Shown: piece after piece, positions 1 through 11,048 of the stretch | Layout: each line of letters begins with the position of its first letter | Position numbering within the stretch: position 1 is the first letter of the stretch | DNA from: an uncultured cyanobacterium | Lineage (GTDB): Bacteria > Cyanobacteriota > Cyanobacteriia > Cyanobacteriales > Microcystaceae | DNA: 64,000 bases | NCBI GenBank assembly: GCA_963807635.1 | Contig: CAWEDJ010000028.1 | Span: 32,001 to 96,000 of the forward strand | Direction: 5' to 3' | The notes under the pieces: model-generated | What the model was told of the DNA's origin: nothing | Databases searched by the model: none | The model's input: only the letters and a program-made list of their open reading frames with translations | Translations under genes and position numbers: made by a program

Positions 1-143
1 GCTCGTTTTTGGCTTTTTCCCATATCTTCAATTTCTTCAATTAAATTGTCCCAATCCACTCCGTCAAATTGCCGTTCTCGTAATTGTTGCACGGTTTCAT
101 TGACCCATTGATTGTAATCCGTTTCATATAATACTCTTGTCAT
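1..143 (-). CDS. DUF29 family protein, N-terminal part (runs off window start)
   Basis: Not in ORF track. Hand translation from ATG 143 gives MTRVLYETDYNQWVNETVQQLRERQFDGVDWDNLIEEIEDMGKSQKR, the typical DUF29 N-terminus. Confidence 0.85.
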   Translation of the reverse strand, partial: MTRVLYETDYNQWVNETVQQLRERQFDGVDWDNLIEEIEDMGKSQKR

Positions 144-204
144 ATTAACTCCAAATTGAAAAAAGGTGATCGCGCCTCAACTGAGGGATTTTTTAATAAT
201 GTTA

Positions 205-1740
205 CTAAACTTTTTTGACAGAGGATATTTCCCATTTTTGATTAGATTCATTCCAAACCAATTCATAACGTACAGTCATTGATAGAGGTTTTCCGTTCAG
301 AAGAGAACTATATTGAACATTAACTATTCCAATATTTGAACCTGCGACTTTCGGGGCTGAATAAACATTGGTAAGAGTTATAGGCGTAATTTTCTGAAAC
401 CAGTTTTTAAAAGAATAATAACCATCAGGATGAATTTTTTTATTATTTTGTAAACTAAAGGGTAACATATTCCACGCTTGTTGATATTCACCTCTATTGA
501 GAGCATCATAATATTTTAAAACTACTTGCGTTGGATCAGGTAAATGTTCAGGTTTACTTTCAGAGATTCGTTCTGTCGGTAATTGTGAAGTTTTAGAAGG
601 ATTTGTTTGGGATGCTTCAGAAGTAGTTGGAACAGAAGAGGAAGGTACTTTTGTTTTCAGTAACAGATTCAACCCTGTTATTGTTATTCCTCCCACCGCA
701 AATGATCCTAACATTACCAACAACTTTTTTAAAGATGTCTTATTCTGTTGAACAGATGGAGAAACCACTAAATTCTTTGAAGTTTTTGGGAGTGAATGCG
801 ATGCTAGGGCGATAGTTGGTGATAATGTAGAAGTAGGTTTATAACTTGCTTCTAATACAGATAATTCTCTTAAAACAGATTGAGTATTGCGAGGTCTGTC
901 TTCTAAATCAGCACACATAAGACGATTAATAAAGTCACGCAAAGCTTGACTATACAATTGAGCTTCTTCCTGCCATTGTAAACCCTGTTTTAAACTTTCA
1001 ATAAACTCGTGGGGATGCTTGCCCGTTAATAAAAAAACAAAAGTACGACCCAACGCAAAAAAATCAGAGCGGTATTCTGCCTGACCATTAGATTGTTCAT
1101 GGGGAGTATAGCCTATAGAAATAATTCCTGTTACTGCTTGTCCCTGTTGCTTTTGTAAATAGGTTTGAGTTTCTTCTCGTGCTGTCCCAAAATCAATTAA
1201 AGCTAATTGACCAGTATTACGAATCATGATATTGCCAGGTTTAATATCTCGATGAAAATAGTTAGCTCTATGTACCAAATCTAAAATTTCTACCAATTCG
1301 CGTAACCAACGAACTGCCGCCTGTTCAGAAATGGGACGATAATTCCGTTTCTCTAAATAATTTTCTAGGTTTTCACCTTCAATAAATTCCATTACCAAGC
1401 AACGCAATGGTATATTACTTCCCTTGGGATAGTAATTAAAACGTCCCCCTACTTCGACTTTTGGGATACCTGAATGATTTAGTCTCTGTAGAACCTCAGC
1501 TTCTTGATCAAATAAACTAATTGCCTTGGGATCGGTATTATGTAAAACTTTGAGAACTTTTAGAGAATCTCCATCATCGACTAAGGCTGTCCAACCAAAT
1601 CCCCCAACTCCCAAATAACGTAGAACTCGGTATATATCATTGATCAATAAACTCGAACCACAATCTGAGCAAAAAAGATTTTGCCTTTGGTCAACTTGAT
1701 TTTTAGCTAGTTCACACTTGGGATTAATACAAAGACTCAT
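205..1740 (-). CDS. Ser/Thr protein kinase with N-terminal Cys cluster, TM helix and extracytoplasmic domain
   Basis: GVGGFG, VLK, HRDIKPGN and DFG motifs; CINPKC...CSDCG prefix; likely start MSLCINP at 1740. Confidence 0.9.
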   Translation of the reverse strand: MSLCINPKCELAKNQVDQRQNLFCSDCGSSLLINDIYRVLRYLGVGGFGWTALVDDGDSLKVLKVLHNTDPKAISLFDQEAEVLQRLNHSGIPKVEVGGRFNYYPKGSNIPLRCLVMEFIEGENLENYLEKRNYRPISEQAAVRWLRELVEILDLVHRANYFHRDIKPGNIMIRNTGQLALIDFGTAREETQTYLQKQQGQAVTGIISIGYTPHEQSNGQAEYRSDFFALGRTFVFLLTGKHPHEFIESLKQGLQWQEEAQLYSQALRDFINRLMCADLEDRPRNTQSVLRELSVLEASYKPTSTLSPTIALASHSLPKTSKNLVVSPSVQQNKTSLKKLLVMLGSFAVGGITITGLNLLLKTKVPSSSVPTTSEASQTNPSKTSQLPTERISESKPEHLPDPTQVVLKYYDALNRGEYQQAWNMLPFSLQNNKKIHPDGYYSFKNWFQKITPITLTNVYSAPKVAGSNIGIVNVQYSSLLNGKPLSMTVRYELVWNESNQKWEISSVKKV

Positions 1741-1942
1741 GACACTCCCATAAGATCTGAATTCAATTCGTCTAACAATATTCACTAAGTTAACATTATT
1801 TTAGATGAATGCAGTTAAATCTAAATTTAATAAGAAAATAAAGTTTTTATTTCAGAATAAATCAGACTTTACCTTATGCCGAACCTAATAGAAAGGCGAT
1901 CGCGCCTCAAATTTTTTTATAAAACGCGATCGCCCTCTTAAG

Positions 1943-2293
1943 CTAAAGGGGTAAAAATCGATAAATCAGAGAATTAATAAAACCTAATAAAAAGGCTCCG
2001 ATTAAAGCACTCCAAAATCCCCATCTGAGAGAAAAACCATCCACTAAAGCGGCGGCTAAACCAAAAATAATCGCATTGATGACAACAGAAAATAATCCAA
2101 AGGTTAAAAATGTGATGGGCAAAGCAAAGAACGCGATCACAGGACGGACAAAAGCGTTGAGTAACCCGAAAACAATGGCAGAAATTAACGCTTTTTGAAA
2201 ACTACTAATTTCCACACCAGTTGGTAACTTGGAAATCAAGAATAGGCTAACAGAAGTCACTAACCAAGCGACTAATAAACCAACGAGATTCAT
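1943..2293 (-). CDS. 4-TM phage-holin-like (YvlD/DUF360) membrane protein
   Basis: 116 aa hydrophobic protein with GLLNAFVRP...LPITFLTFGLFSVVINA signature. Confidence 0.85.
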   Translation of the reverse strand: MNLVGLLVAWLVTSVSLFLISKLPTGVEISSFQKALISAIVFGLLNAFVRPVIAFFALPITFLTFGLFSVVINAIIFGLAAALVDGFSLRWGFWSALIGAFLLGFINSLIYRFLPL

Positions 2294-2337
2294 CTTTTAG
2301 CTCCTATATTCATTAAATGAGTTTTAAATATCTTTAT

Positions 2338-3429
2338 TTAAACATTAAAACGGAATAATAACACATCCCCTTCTTGGACGACATATTCTTTGCCTTCACT
2401 GCGGACTAATCCTTTTTCTTTAGCCGCTTGCATTCCCCCTGTGGCAACTAAATCGTTAAAGGCAACGGTTTCCGCTCGAATAAAACCCCGTTCAAAATCC
2501 GTATGAATGACTCCTGCGGCTTGGGGGGCTTTCATTCCTGCCTGGATTGTCCAAGCGCGAGTTTCTTGCGGGCCTGTGGTTAAATAAGTCCGTAATCCCA
2601 ATAACTCATAGGTTGCTTTAATCAGCGATTTGAGTCCTCCTTCCGTCGCGCCGAGAGATGCTAAATAATCCAATTGTTCCTCTTCGGGTAATTCCAGTAA
2701 TTCTGCTTCCACTTGAGCGGAAACAATAACAACTTTAGCCCCTTCTTGGGTCGCGATCACTTCAACTTTTTTAACCCAATCATTACCCGATGCCAAATCT
2801 TCTTCTGAGACATTCGCGGCAAAAATAATCGGTTTACGAGTTAATAATCCCAAAGGTTTAATTAATAATTCTTCTTCTTCGGTTAAAGTTAATTTACGCG
2901 CAGGTTGGCCTTCATTTAAAAGAGCGACAATTTTTTCTAAAACTTCAATTTCGACTTGCAGATCCTTATTGCCTTTAGATTGTTTTTTTGCCCGTTCTAA
3001 ACGTTTTTCGACTTGGGATAAATCCGCTAGGGCTAATTCTAAATTAATCACTTCAATATCGCGTTCAGGATCAACCGAGCCAGAGACATGAATAATATCG
3101 TCATCATCAAAACAGCGCACCACATGAACGATCGCGTCCACTTCCCGAATATTGGCTAAAAATTGATTCCCTAAGCCTTCCCCTTGACTCGCTCCCTTAA
3201 CCAATCCCGCAATATCCACAAATTCCATACGGGTGGGAATAATCTTAACCGATTGGCTGATTTTGGCTAAAATTCCCAGGCGATCGTCGGGAACAGAGAC
3301 AACCCCCACATTGGGTTCAATGGTACAAAACGGAAAATTTGCCGCCTCCGCCTTAGCATTTGCCACCAGAGCATTAAAAAGAGTTGATTTTCCCACATTG
3401 GGCAGTCCGACGATTTCAGCTTGTAACAT
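2338..3429 (-). CDS. ychF: Redox-regulated ATPase YchF
   Basis: IVGLPNVGKST, ANFPFCTIEPN, DIAGLVKGAS, IHTDFERGFIRAE, FRFNV end; start at ATG 3429. Confidence 0.97.
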   Translation of the reverse strand: MLQAEIVGLPNVGKSTLFNALVANAKAEAANFPFCTIEPNVGVVSVPDDRLGILAKISQSVKIIPTRMEFVDIAGLVKGASQGEGLGNQFLANIREVDAIVHVVRCFDDDDIIHVSGSVDPERDIEVINLELALADLSQVEKRLERAKKQSKGNKDLQVEIEVLEKIVALLNEGQPARKLTLTEEEELLIKPLGLLTRKPIIFAANVSEEDLASGNDWVKKVEVIATQEGAKVVIVSAQVEAELLELPEEEQLDYLASLGATEGGLKSLIKATYELLGLRTYLTTGPQETRAWTIQAGMKAPQAAGVIHTDFERGFIRAETVAFNDLVATGGMQAAKEKGLVRSEGKEYVVQEGDVLLFRFNV

Positions 3430-3599
3430 AATAAGTTTAGACTTGATGAGCAATAGTTGATTGACAATGAGGCAATCCATTATACCAAATTCACTTCGGC
3501 CCTTTGATAAAGCTTTAAGAATAAAATTGCAGGTCAAAACTTTTGGGTTTGTGGTTTAATAATTGAATGTTCGATAAAAATCGTTGGGTATTAAAGAAA

Positions 3600-3977
3600 A
3601 TGAACAGTTTATTTTTTAAAAAATCATTATTTACGAAAGCAATTATTACATTGTTAGTAATGACAAGTACAGCCGTTTTAGGGACTAGTTTTGCTCAAAA
3701 AGCCTCTGCTTCTACTAGTGTTTGTGGACTAACCAGAGAATATGCTTTTTTTAAAACCAAGAATTATTTGATTACGATTTGCGTTGGAGAAGCTAGTTTT
3801 CAAATGATAAAGCTCTTCCACGATGGAACGGGTTATCAACGGATTCCTGTCCAAAAGGAGGGAAACAAATTCATAGGTTCGGATGATAAACACAATTATA
3901 TTTTGGATTCCAGACAATTATTGATTGGAACTGACGGTGAACCACCTGTTATCGAAAGAGTAATTCAACGCAAATAA
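3600..3977 (+). CDS. Hypothetical secreted protein
   Basis: Signal-peptide-like N-terminus (AQKASA) and a Cys pair. Confidence 0.6.
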   Translation: MNSLFFKKSLFTKAIITLLVMTSTAVLGTSFAQKASASTSVCGLTREYAFFKTKNYLITICVGEASFQMIKLFHDGTGYQRIPVQKEGNKFIGSDDKHNYILDSRQLLIGTDGEPPVIERVIQRK

Positions 3978-4144
3978 ATTTTAAATATAACGAAAATAGT
4001 CAGATTTGGAATGGGGGACGATGATTATCACGCGATCGCCCGTAAGCCCCTCAAGAAACCCCAGGATTACGGACAAAACATGGTAGGATTGTCTTTAAAT
4101 CAACCAATTTGTTATATTTGTCTGTTAAAAAGGGAACTCAAACA

Positions 4145-4282
4145 ATGGAAATTACGCTATTATTGGCTAAACTGCCCGAAGCCTATCAGATCTTTGATCC
4201 TCTCGTGGACGTTCTGCCTGTTATTCCAGTCTTCTTTTTGTTACTTGCTTTCGTTTGGCAAGCCGCCGTTGGTTTTAAGTAA
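4145..4282 (+). CDS. psbK: Photosystem II reaction centre protein K
   Basis: Not in ORF track. [54 protein letters not shown] upstream. Confidence 0.97.
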   Translation: MEITLLLAKLPEAYQIFDPLVDVLPVIPVFFLLLAFVWQAAVGFK

Positions 4283-4306
4283 ATTACCTATTCAGGCGAA
4301 ATTTGG

Positions 4307-4330
4307 GGCATCTGTCATGGATGCCTTTTT
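4307..4330 (+). terminator. Intrinsic terminator after psbK
   Basis: GGCATC-N7-GATGCC hairpin followed by TTTTT. Confidence 0.65.
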
Positions 4331-4425
4331 GTTATGAGGGTTTTCGCGATCGCCTTTTTAAGTTCACAAAAAAATCCCCTGTTACCTAAAACAAGGGAAA
4401 TTAATATTTCACAATTCAATCAAAA

Positions 4426-6339
4426 TTAACCGACTGCAACAGGCGTTTTGCTCTCACTGAAAAATGCTTCCAAAACCTGATCCGCAATTTGGGGAGTGGT
4501 TAAACCCAAGCTAGCAAAAGATTCATTCGGTTCAGCATGATCCACCAAAATATCAGGAACGCCCAAGCGTTTGACGGGAACCAACACATTATTGTCCGAA
4601 AAAGCTTCTAAGACCGCCGAACCAAAACCGCCCATGAGACAGCCTTCTTCGAGGGTGACAACTTTACCGATACGTTTCGCTAGGGGCAAAATCAATTCCG
4701 TATCTAGGGGTTTCACAAAACGAGCATTAATCACCGTAGCCTCTACCCCATGTTCACTGAGAATTTCGGCGGCTTGCAAAGCAGGATAAACCATAGAGCC
4801 ATAGCCCAAAATCAGGACATCATCCCCACTCCGCAAAATCTCTGCCTTGCCGATGGGTAACGCTTCCCAACCTTCTTCCATCAGAGGAACGCCTTGACCA
4901 TTGCCCCTGGGATAACGCATCGCGATCGCGCCTTCGGTATATTCAACCCCCGTGACCACCATCCGTTGCAGTTCGGCCTGATCCTTGGGAGCCATAATCA
5001 CCAGATTGGGAATACACCGCAGATAGGCAATGTCATACATTCCTTGATGGGTGGGGCCATCCGCACCGACAATTCCTGCTCGGTCTAAACAGAAAAAGAC
5101 GGGTAAATTTTGAATACAAACATCATGGATAATCTGGTCGTAACCCCTCTGTAAGAACGTCGAATAAATCGCCACCACAGGACGCATTCCCTCACAGGCC
5201 AGACCTGCGGCGAGGGTAACGGCGTGTTGTTCTGCGATACCGACATCTATGTATTGTTTAGGCAGTTTCGCCTGAAATTTATCCAAGCCTGTTCCCGTGG
5301 CCATAGCCGCCGTAATGCCAATAATTTTAGGATTGTTTTCGGCGAGCGTCGTGAGAGTATGGGCAAAAACCTTGGAATAACCAGGGGGTTTAGGTTTACT
5401 GGAAGGAATCGCCTTACCTGTCGCCAAGTTAAAGGGACTTTGGGCGTGGTAACCAACCTGATCTTTTTCGGCTAACTCATAACCCTTGCCTTTAATCGTA
5501 GCAACATGGACAAAAACGGGGCCTTGTACCTTATGGGCCTGTTTAAAGGTATCGATTAATTCCTCTAAATTATGCCCATCAATAGGGCCAAAATATTTAA
5601 AACCAAGTTCTTCAATGACGGCTCCCACCTTGGGAACGGCCAAACGTTTCATGCCTTCCTTGACTCGTTCCATCTCTGGGGTTAAAGAGTCACCGAAAAA
5701 GGGTAAATGTTTAAATTGTTCTTCTAAATTGTCCGCTAAATTTTGGACAGCAGGATTAAGTCGGACTTTATTGAGATAGCGAGAAATTGCACCCACATTA
5801 GGAGAAATGGACATCTCGTTGTCGTTGAGGATCACCATCAAGTTTGTATGGGGTAAGTGGCCCGCGTGGTTAATCGCCTCTAGGGCCATACCCCCCGTGA
5901 GTGCGCCATCGCCGATGATAGAGACAACTTTAAAGTCTTCCCCTTTGGCATCCCGCGCCAGAGCCATCCCTAAACCCGCCGAAATACTGGTAGAAGCGTG
6001 ACCTGCGCCAAAATGGTCGAATCTGTTTTCAGAACGTTTTAAATAACCTGCGATCCCGTCTTTTTGTCGGAGGGTATGGAAACGATGATACCGACCCGTT
6101 AACATTTTGTGGGGATAGGCTTGATGTCCCACGTCCCAGAGGACTTTATCATGGTCTAGATCTAAGGTGGAATAGAGGGCGACGGTGAGTTCAACTACGC
6201 CTAGACCTGGCCCTAGATGACCACCGCTTTTGGCAACGGTCTCTAAGTGCTTTTCTCGGATTTGTCGAGAGATTTCCTCTAGTTGACGTATTGACAACCC
6301 GTGCAACTGGTTTGGATGTGTCAGTTCACTGATGTGCAT
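4426..6339 (-). CDS. dxs: 1-deoxy-D-xylulose-5-phosphate synthase
   Basis: [38 protein letters not shown]. Confidence 0.97.
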   Translation of the reverse strand: MHISELTHPNQLHGLSIRQLEEISRQIREKHLETVAKSGGHLGPGLGVVELTVALYSTLDLDHDKVLWDVGHQAYPHKMLTGRYHRFHTLRQKDGIAGYLKRSENRFDHFGAGHASTSISAGLGMALARDAKGEDFKVVSIIGDGALTGGMALEAINHAGHLPHTNLMVILNDNEMSISPNVGAISRYLNKVRLNPAVQNLADNLEEQFKHLPFFGDSLTPEMERVKEGMKRLAVPKVGAVIEELGFKYFGPIDGHNLEELIDTFKQAHKVQGPVFVHVATIKGKGYELAEKDQVGYHAQSPFNLATGKAIPSSKPKPPGYSKVFAHTLTTLAENNPKIIGITAAMATGTGLDKFQAKLPKQYIDVGIAEQHAVTLAAGLACEGMRPVVAIYSTFLQRGYDQIIHDVCIQNLPVFFCLDRAGIVGADGPTHQGMYDIAYLRCIPNLVIMAPKDQAELQRMVVTGVEYTEGAIAMRYPRGNGQGVPLMEEGWEALPIGKAEILRSGDDVLILGYGSMVYPALQAAEILSEHGVEATVINARFVKPLDTELILPLAKRIGKVVTLEEGCLMGGFGSAVLEAFSDNNVLVPVKRLGVPDILVDHAEPNESFASLGLTTPQIADQVLEAFFSESKTPVAVG

Positions 6340-6662
6340 AGAGTACAATTCTTATTCATTTTTATCGCTTCTCACACTTTAATCTATTTCAACGTCCTGG
6401 GTTAGTTTTTGGGGTCTGGAAACCCAACTGTCGCGATCGCATTCCTGAAACCCTAGACTCCACTCTTACCAAATTCAAGCCCAAATTCAATTGGTCGGAC
6501 TTGCTGACTTTTCTTTGTGAAAGCTTATCAGAGAGTAAATTTAAACTTGCTTAGCAATCAAAAATCTGATTTTTGGATTATTTTAGACTTAGGTACTGAT
6601 AACCTGGATTATTTGTGATTATATGAGTGGTTTAGCTCGTCACTTTAAATAATTTTAGATAA

Positions 6663-6989
6663 ATGGATATTCGACAATTCCGCACACTACATCGCAAGGT
6701 AGCCCCCCTTGTATTGCTACCCCTGACTGTTACAGTTTTCACAGGAGTTTCCTATCGGCTGGGAAAAAGTTGGCTAGGACTCAATCGAGATCAACTACAT
6801 TTTTTAATGGTGATTCATGAAGGGGAATATTTGGGGACAACCCTTGAGCCGCTTTATGTACTCTTAAATGGTGTGGGTCTGCTGTGGATGTTAGCAACTG
6901 GTTGCGTTATGCTGTGGCAAAATATCAGTCACTCAAGTTGGTTCCAACAGTTAATCTCTTTCAGGCAAAAAGTTTCTGATGATTCATAG
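6663..6989 (+). CDS. Small PepSY-TM-like membrane protein
   Basis: RTLHRKVAP...TGVSYR...IHEGE pattern, two TM segments. Confidence 0.65.
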   Translation: MDIRQFRTLHRKVAPLVLLPLTVTVFTGVSYRLGKSWLGLNRDQLHFLMVIHEGEYLGTTLEPLYVLLNGVGLLWMLATGCVMLWQNISHSSWFQQLISFRQKVSDDS

Positions 6990-7010
6990 TTCTAAATATC
7001 GAAAAGTACG

Positions 7011-7391
7011 ATGTTTGAGAATCTTCTCCCTCCCCTAAATGACCATGATTTACCCTATCCTGATACGATTCATCTGTACGAAGTGAGTTGGTTAAATGGG
7101 TTAAAAAGTATCGAAAAAAGTCTAGATGATTTTCATCGTGGCATCATGCACCCGCGTGGAGAAGTTCCTCTAGAGGTTATGGCGAATCAGTGCGGAATCT
7201 GTCGTTTTGGCGATGCTCCCCAAACGTCGGTTTTAGACGAAGATTGTCGCGCCCATGATTTGGATAATCTCTATGTGGTGGATGGCAGTTTTTTTCCTTC
7301 TAATGCGGCGGTGAGTCGAGCTTTAACGATTATTGCAAATGCTCTGCGCGGTCAGCGATCGCTTAATCGCTTAATTGAGAGGTTGAGATAG
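7011..7391 (+). pseudogene. Chimeric remnant: DUF2231-like N-terminus fused to GMC oxidoreductase C-terminus
   Basis: LPPLNDHDLPYPDTIH then CRFG...SVLDEDCRAHDLDNLYVVDGSFFPS...ALTIIANALR; no FAD-binding domain. Confidence 0.65.
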
Positions 7392-7444
7392 ATTCCCTAC
7401 ACTGATGATTGGGCGATCACTTTTTTTGTGGTTAGTTGGGCGAC

Positions 7445-7520
7445 CGCATTTTAAACTGGAGTAAAGGCCCATTGCTGTTTAACAATCTAGGATTAATAAT
7501 CGCATTTTAAACTGGAGTAA
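7445..7520 (+). repeat. 20-bp direct repeat CGCATTTTAAACTGGAGTAA x2
   Basis: Copies at 7445-7464 and 7501-7520. Confidence 0.85.
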
Positions 7521-7568
7521 GAGGCGATAAGAAATGACATTCAATTTAAAAACGGAGAAAATAGAACT

Positions 7569-8624
7569 CTATCGACTAACCCTTTCTAGCCATGTTTGCA
7601 ATGCTTTATTAATGAGAAACTCCGTATGATGAAGACATATAGTATTATCAGACAATGCCCATACTGTTCTAAATCCATTTCCTGAAAATACTTGTTGTTT
7701 TACAAATGAATTACCTGGAGCCGAAAAAAAAGTATGTCCAATATTAATATTATTTAGTGCTTCTTCTGGTATAAATCCTGATTTTAGGGGAATATAACGA
7801 AAATATGAAGTATATTGATCGAACGTATGAATCTGCATTCTAGCAATAGTTTTATTTTTTCGACTAGGAACAATTAACCATAAAAATAATGCTATTGTTT
7901 TAGATTTTTTATCAAAATAAAATTCTGCGCAGTTTCTCGATTTATCTTTTCCATAATTGCTGGCGTAAATAACAGTTTTATTGCTAATTATTCTTTCTAC
8001 AATTCTTTGATCAAAGCTTAATATTTTATGCCTGATTTGCATTAAGTTATTAGCTTCTATTTCCGTTAAACTTCCTAGCCAATCTAATAATATCCTTGGA
8101 GGTTCAGAAATATTCTCATTTACATGATTTTGCCAGTTAAATTCTTGATAATTTATCTTTACTATCTTTGTTTTTGGTTTTTCGTCAACCTGAGACAGAT
8201 GAAAATAAAATTCTTCATTTTTGTTGACAATAGAAAACCTGAATAAATCAAATTTTAACTGGCTATGTTTTTGATCAATTAAATTGTGACGGTGAAAAAT
8301 TGGACATATTGCAAATAAAAGAATTTCTTTATTATAGTTAAGCTTCTCCTGAAAAGGCTTTTCTTCAATTAAATTATCATAGTAGCGCGTTAGCTGATTA
8401 ATAACATAACGATCTTCCACATTTTTTAATTCGATAATGACCAACTTGCCATCATCACTGATTGCCAAAATATCACAGATTTCTCCTTTGATAGAATATT
8501 GACGTGCTAAGGGTTTAAATCCAAATATTTCTTGTAAATTATTCCAAACAAAATTTTCAAGTTCTGCTTCATCAATAAAAGCCCAACCTTGATTTGTTTT
8601 TTGTAAAGCTACACCGTCATTCAT
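7569..8624 (-). CDS. NucS/DUF91-like PD-(D/E)xK endonuclease domain protein
   Basis: EAELENF...RQY...ICDILA...VIIELK...QLTRYY; very AT-rich. Confidence 0.75.
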   Translation of the reverse strand: MNDGVALQKTNQGWAFIDEAELENFVWNNLQEIFGFKPLARQYSIKGEICDILAISDDGKLVIIELKNVEDRYVINQLTRYYDNLIEEKPFQEKLNYNKEILLFAICPIFHRHNLIDQKHSQLKFDLFRFSIVNKNEEFYFHLSQVDEKPKTKIVKINYQEFNWQNHVNENISEPPRILLDWLGSLTEIEANNLMQIRHKILSFDQRIVERIISNKTVIYASNYGKDKSRNCAEFYFDKKSKTIALFLWLIVPSRKNKTIARMQIHTFDQYTSYFRYIPLKSGFIPEEALNNINIGHTFFSAPGNSFVKQQVFSGNGFRTVWALSDNTICLHHTEFLINKALQTWLERVSR

Positions 8625-8948
8625 TTTTCTTCTAAAAATAAACAATAAATAAAAAGGGAGCCGCTTAACTGATGCGATACTCACTTAAATTATAAATCAT
8701 TCACAAACAAATAAAGTGCGTTAGAACCTGCTACAACTTCTAACAATTCTTGAGTAATCGCAGCCTGACGAGTCTTGTTGTAGTGCGATCATTGATCTTG
8801 TGGGTTGGGTTAGGGAACGCAATCCAAATATGGGAAATGATAACCTGATTGTGGGTTATTGCGATCACTTTCTCTGATGAAGTGCGATCGCGTTTTGGTT
8901 TGAGTGGTTAGGCGATCGCGTTGTGAGTAATTGGGCGATCGCCATACA

Positions 8949-9245
8949 TTAGCTCTGCTTAAATACCTCCTCAATATCCCTTGAACCATGAAGCAACCGA
9001 ATCACATCAATACCACCATCAATTTGCTGATAAAACACAACATAATTATCAATCGGAAAACTTCGTAAATCTGGCAACAATTCTGACCTTTTTCGACCCA
9101 AACCCGAATTCTGAGCTAAAGTCATCAACTTACTTTCAATTCGATCTAAAAAATCATCTGCCCTATCTGGACTATCATCCGCAATATAATCCCAAATATC
9201 CAGCAAGTCTAACTCAGCAAGCGGACGCTTTAAAAGGATTGGCAT
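8949..9245 (-). CDS. parE: Type II toxin, ParE/RelE family
   Basis: AELDLLDIWDYIA...GRKR...YVVFY...IRLLHGSRD. Confidence 0.9.
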   Translation of the reverse strand: MPILLKRPLAELDLLDIWDYIADDSPDRADDFLDRIESKLMTLAQNSGLGRKRSELLPDLRSFPIDNYVVFYQQIDGGIDVIRLLHGSRDIEEVFKQS

Positions 9246-9502
9246 TATTGAACCTGCTTCTGTTGCTTGCGTTGCCGAGCTTTTGCCTTCACTGCCTGTA
9301 TATCGAAGGGTGTAGCATCACCACTATCTAAACCTGCCTGAATATCTTGACGTAACTCCTGCAAACGCAATTGCTGAAGTTGATCCCGTTCTTGCAACAA
9401 TCTCAACCCTTCGCGCACAACTTCACTGGCAGAATAGTACAAGCCAGTATTCACCTTTCCCTGTATAAAGCTTTCTAGCTCAGGCGTTAGAGACACATTC
9501 AT
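9245..9502 (-). CDS. parD: Type II antitoxin, ParD (RHH) family
   Basis: MNVSLTPELESFI...GLYYSASEVVREGLRLL; 1-nt overlap with the toxin. Confidence 0.9.
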   Translation of the reverse strand: MNVSLTPELESFIQGKVNTGLYYSASEVVREGLRLLQERDQLQQLRLQELRQDIQAGLDSGDATPFDIQAVKAKARQRKQQKQVQ

Positions 9503-9713
9503 AAACCCAATCCTATAATAATCGTGATATCAATATTGTCGCTGTAATAACAGTAAATAGCAATAACTGTTATCAGATTTATTAGCGTTATTGTTTGCTG
9601 GTTGGTGAGTGATTAGGCGATCGCGTTTGGAGGGAAAAAATTTAGGCGAGCGTGTAGTGAATTTAGAAACCGATCAGTTGAGCAATTGGGTTATTTTTGA
9701 TGGGAATTGAGAG

Positions 9714-10944
9714 CTAATGTAAGACCTGTCGATCTAAAACTTCTAAAACAGCTTTTGCATTGAGTTTATCCTTAAACCAAATAATCTGAGCAGGAGTATC
9801 GGTAAATTTAACGCCCGCTTTTTCCAAATTAAGCCTTTCTGAAATCGCCAAAATCAAATTATCTACCTCAGCGCGACGTACTTGATAAAATTTCTTCTGT
9901 AAATATTCAGGTCCGCCAATAACCGACAATTTCTAATAAAAAAGTTCTGCCATCAGGATGGACTAAGCGAAAATCGGGAATCATGACACTCCCCGGTAAG
10001 GGAATTAAATCGACTTCTCGCTCTAATCGCCAATCGGTTTTCAGTTTCTCCCAACTATTAGCAAAAGAAGCTTCTAACATACTGTCGTAGGGTTTGCCTG
10101 GTGGATAATGGGTGACTAAATCACAGCGATCGCTTAACTGAAAATAGGTAATTTTTTCTTCTCCACTATAACTATCTTGACTGGTTAACTTAGCCTGGAG
10201 ATTCCACTTACTGACGTGCAGTAGGGCGGGAAGTAATTTTGCTAAAGCCAGACCGTAGCGGGTATTAGCTTTAAATAAACTGGTGGGGCCATCAATAGTA
10301 ATGGTAAAACCTGTATCGGCATCGCCTTCAATGTAGGCCATTAATTGAAATAATTTAAGATAACGAAAGAGTAGTTTATATTCCCCTGGATCATTGCGAT
10401 GGGCATTAATAATAATATGATTCGCTCGATAGAAAATTCCTTGAACCTGAGAGAGATTATAACGATGAATTAACGTCTCCGTTACAGGAGGTTCAAATTG
10501 GGTGAAAATACGATTTTCGGGTAAGTCTGCATAAAGTCCCTTTTCAATTTCTGGCGGCAAAACCTCTCGATTTAACTCCTGGTTTAAAGTCGTTGCTAAT
10601 TTTTCTAATAGTTCTTGTCTTTGTTGGGGGGTGAAAATCTTAGAGGCGGCTGCGGTAAAAACTTTTTTTCTGAGGGCGATCGGCTCTAGGGGGCTAATGA
10701 TTTCAAAGGTTGAAAAATGATTTTTTAAAAGGTGTGCCAAGCCCCGAATGACTTTATAATTAGGACTATCTCCTTCTAATTCTAGACATTTTTGATCAAG
10801 GATTCCCTGGGTTTCTCCTAAGGTTGCTTGAAATAAATCAATTTGTTCCTGAGCTAAATCAGTAATACTATTGTCAATCGGCAAACGTTTAGGGATAATA
10901 GTTTCACCACTACGTCGATGGATTAGTAATTCAGACGGTAACAT
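9714..10944 (-). CDS. DUF790 family protein (frameshift ~9913)
   Basis: MLPSELL...IPDFRLVHPDGRTFLLEIVGYWR continues as PEYLQKKF in the next frame. Confidence 0.85.
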
Positions 10945-11048
10945 TATCACCCACTCATAACTTGTTATTAAAGAATTATTTATCTTAATTTTTGCATTGT
11001 GTCAAAGTTTGATTACCTAAAAAATTGCTCACGATTCCCTTCATCCCT

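Noticed and set aside
1943..2293. Holin as evidence of a prophage
   Set aside because: YvlD-type proteins are common chromosomal genes and no phage genes are nearby.
4011..4337. 108-aa ORF
   Set aside because: Out-of-frame shadow of psbK.
7445..7560. Possible mini-CRISPR (20-bp repeats 36 nt apart)
   Set aside because: Only two exact copies, short, non-palindromic, embedded in HIP1-type spacers, and no cas genes.
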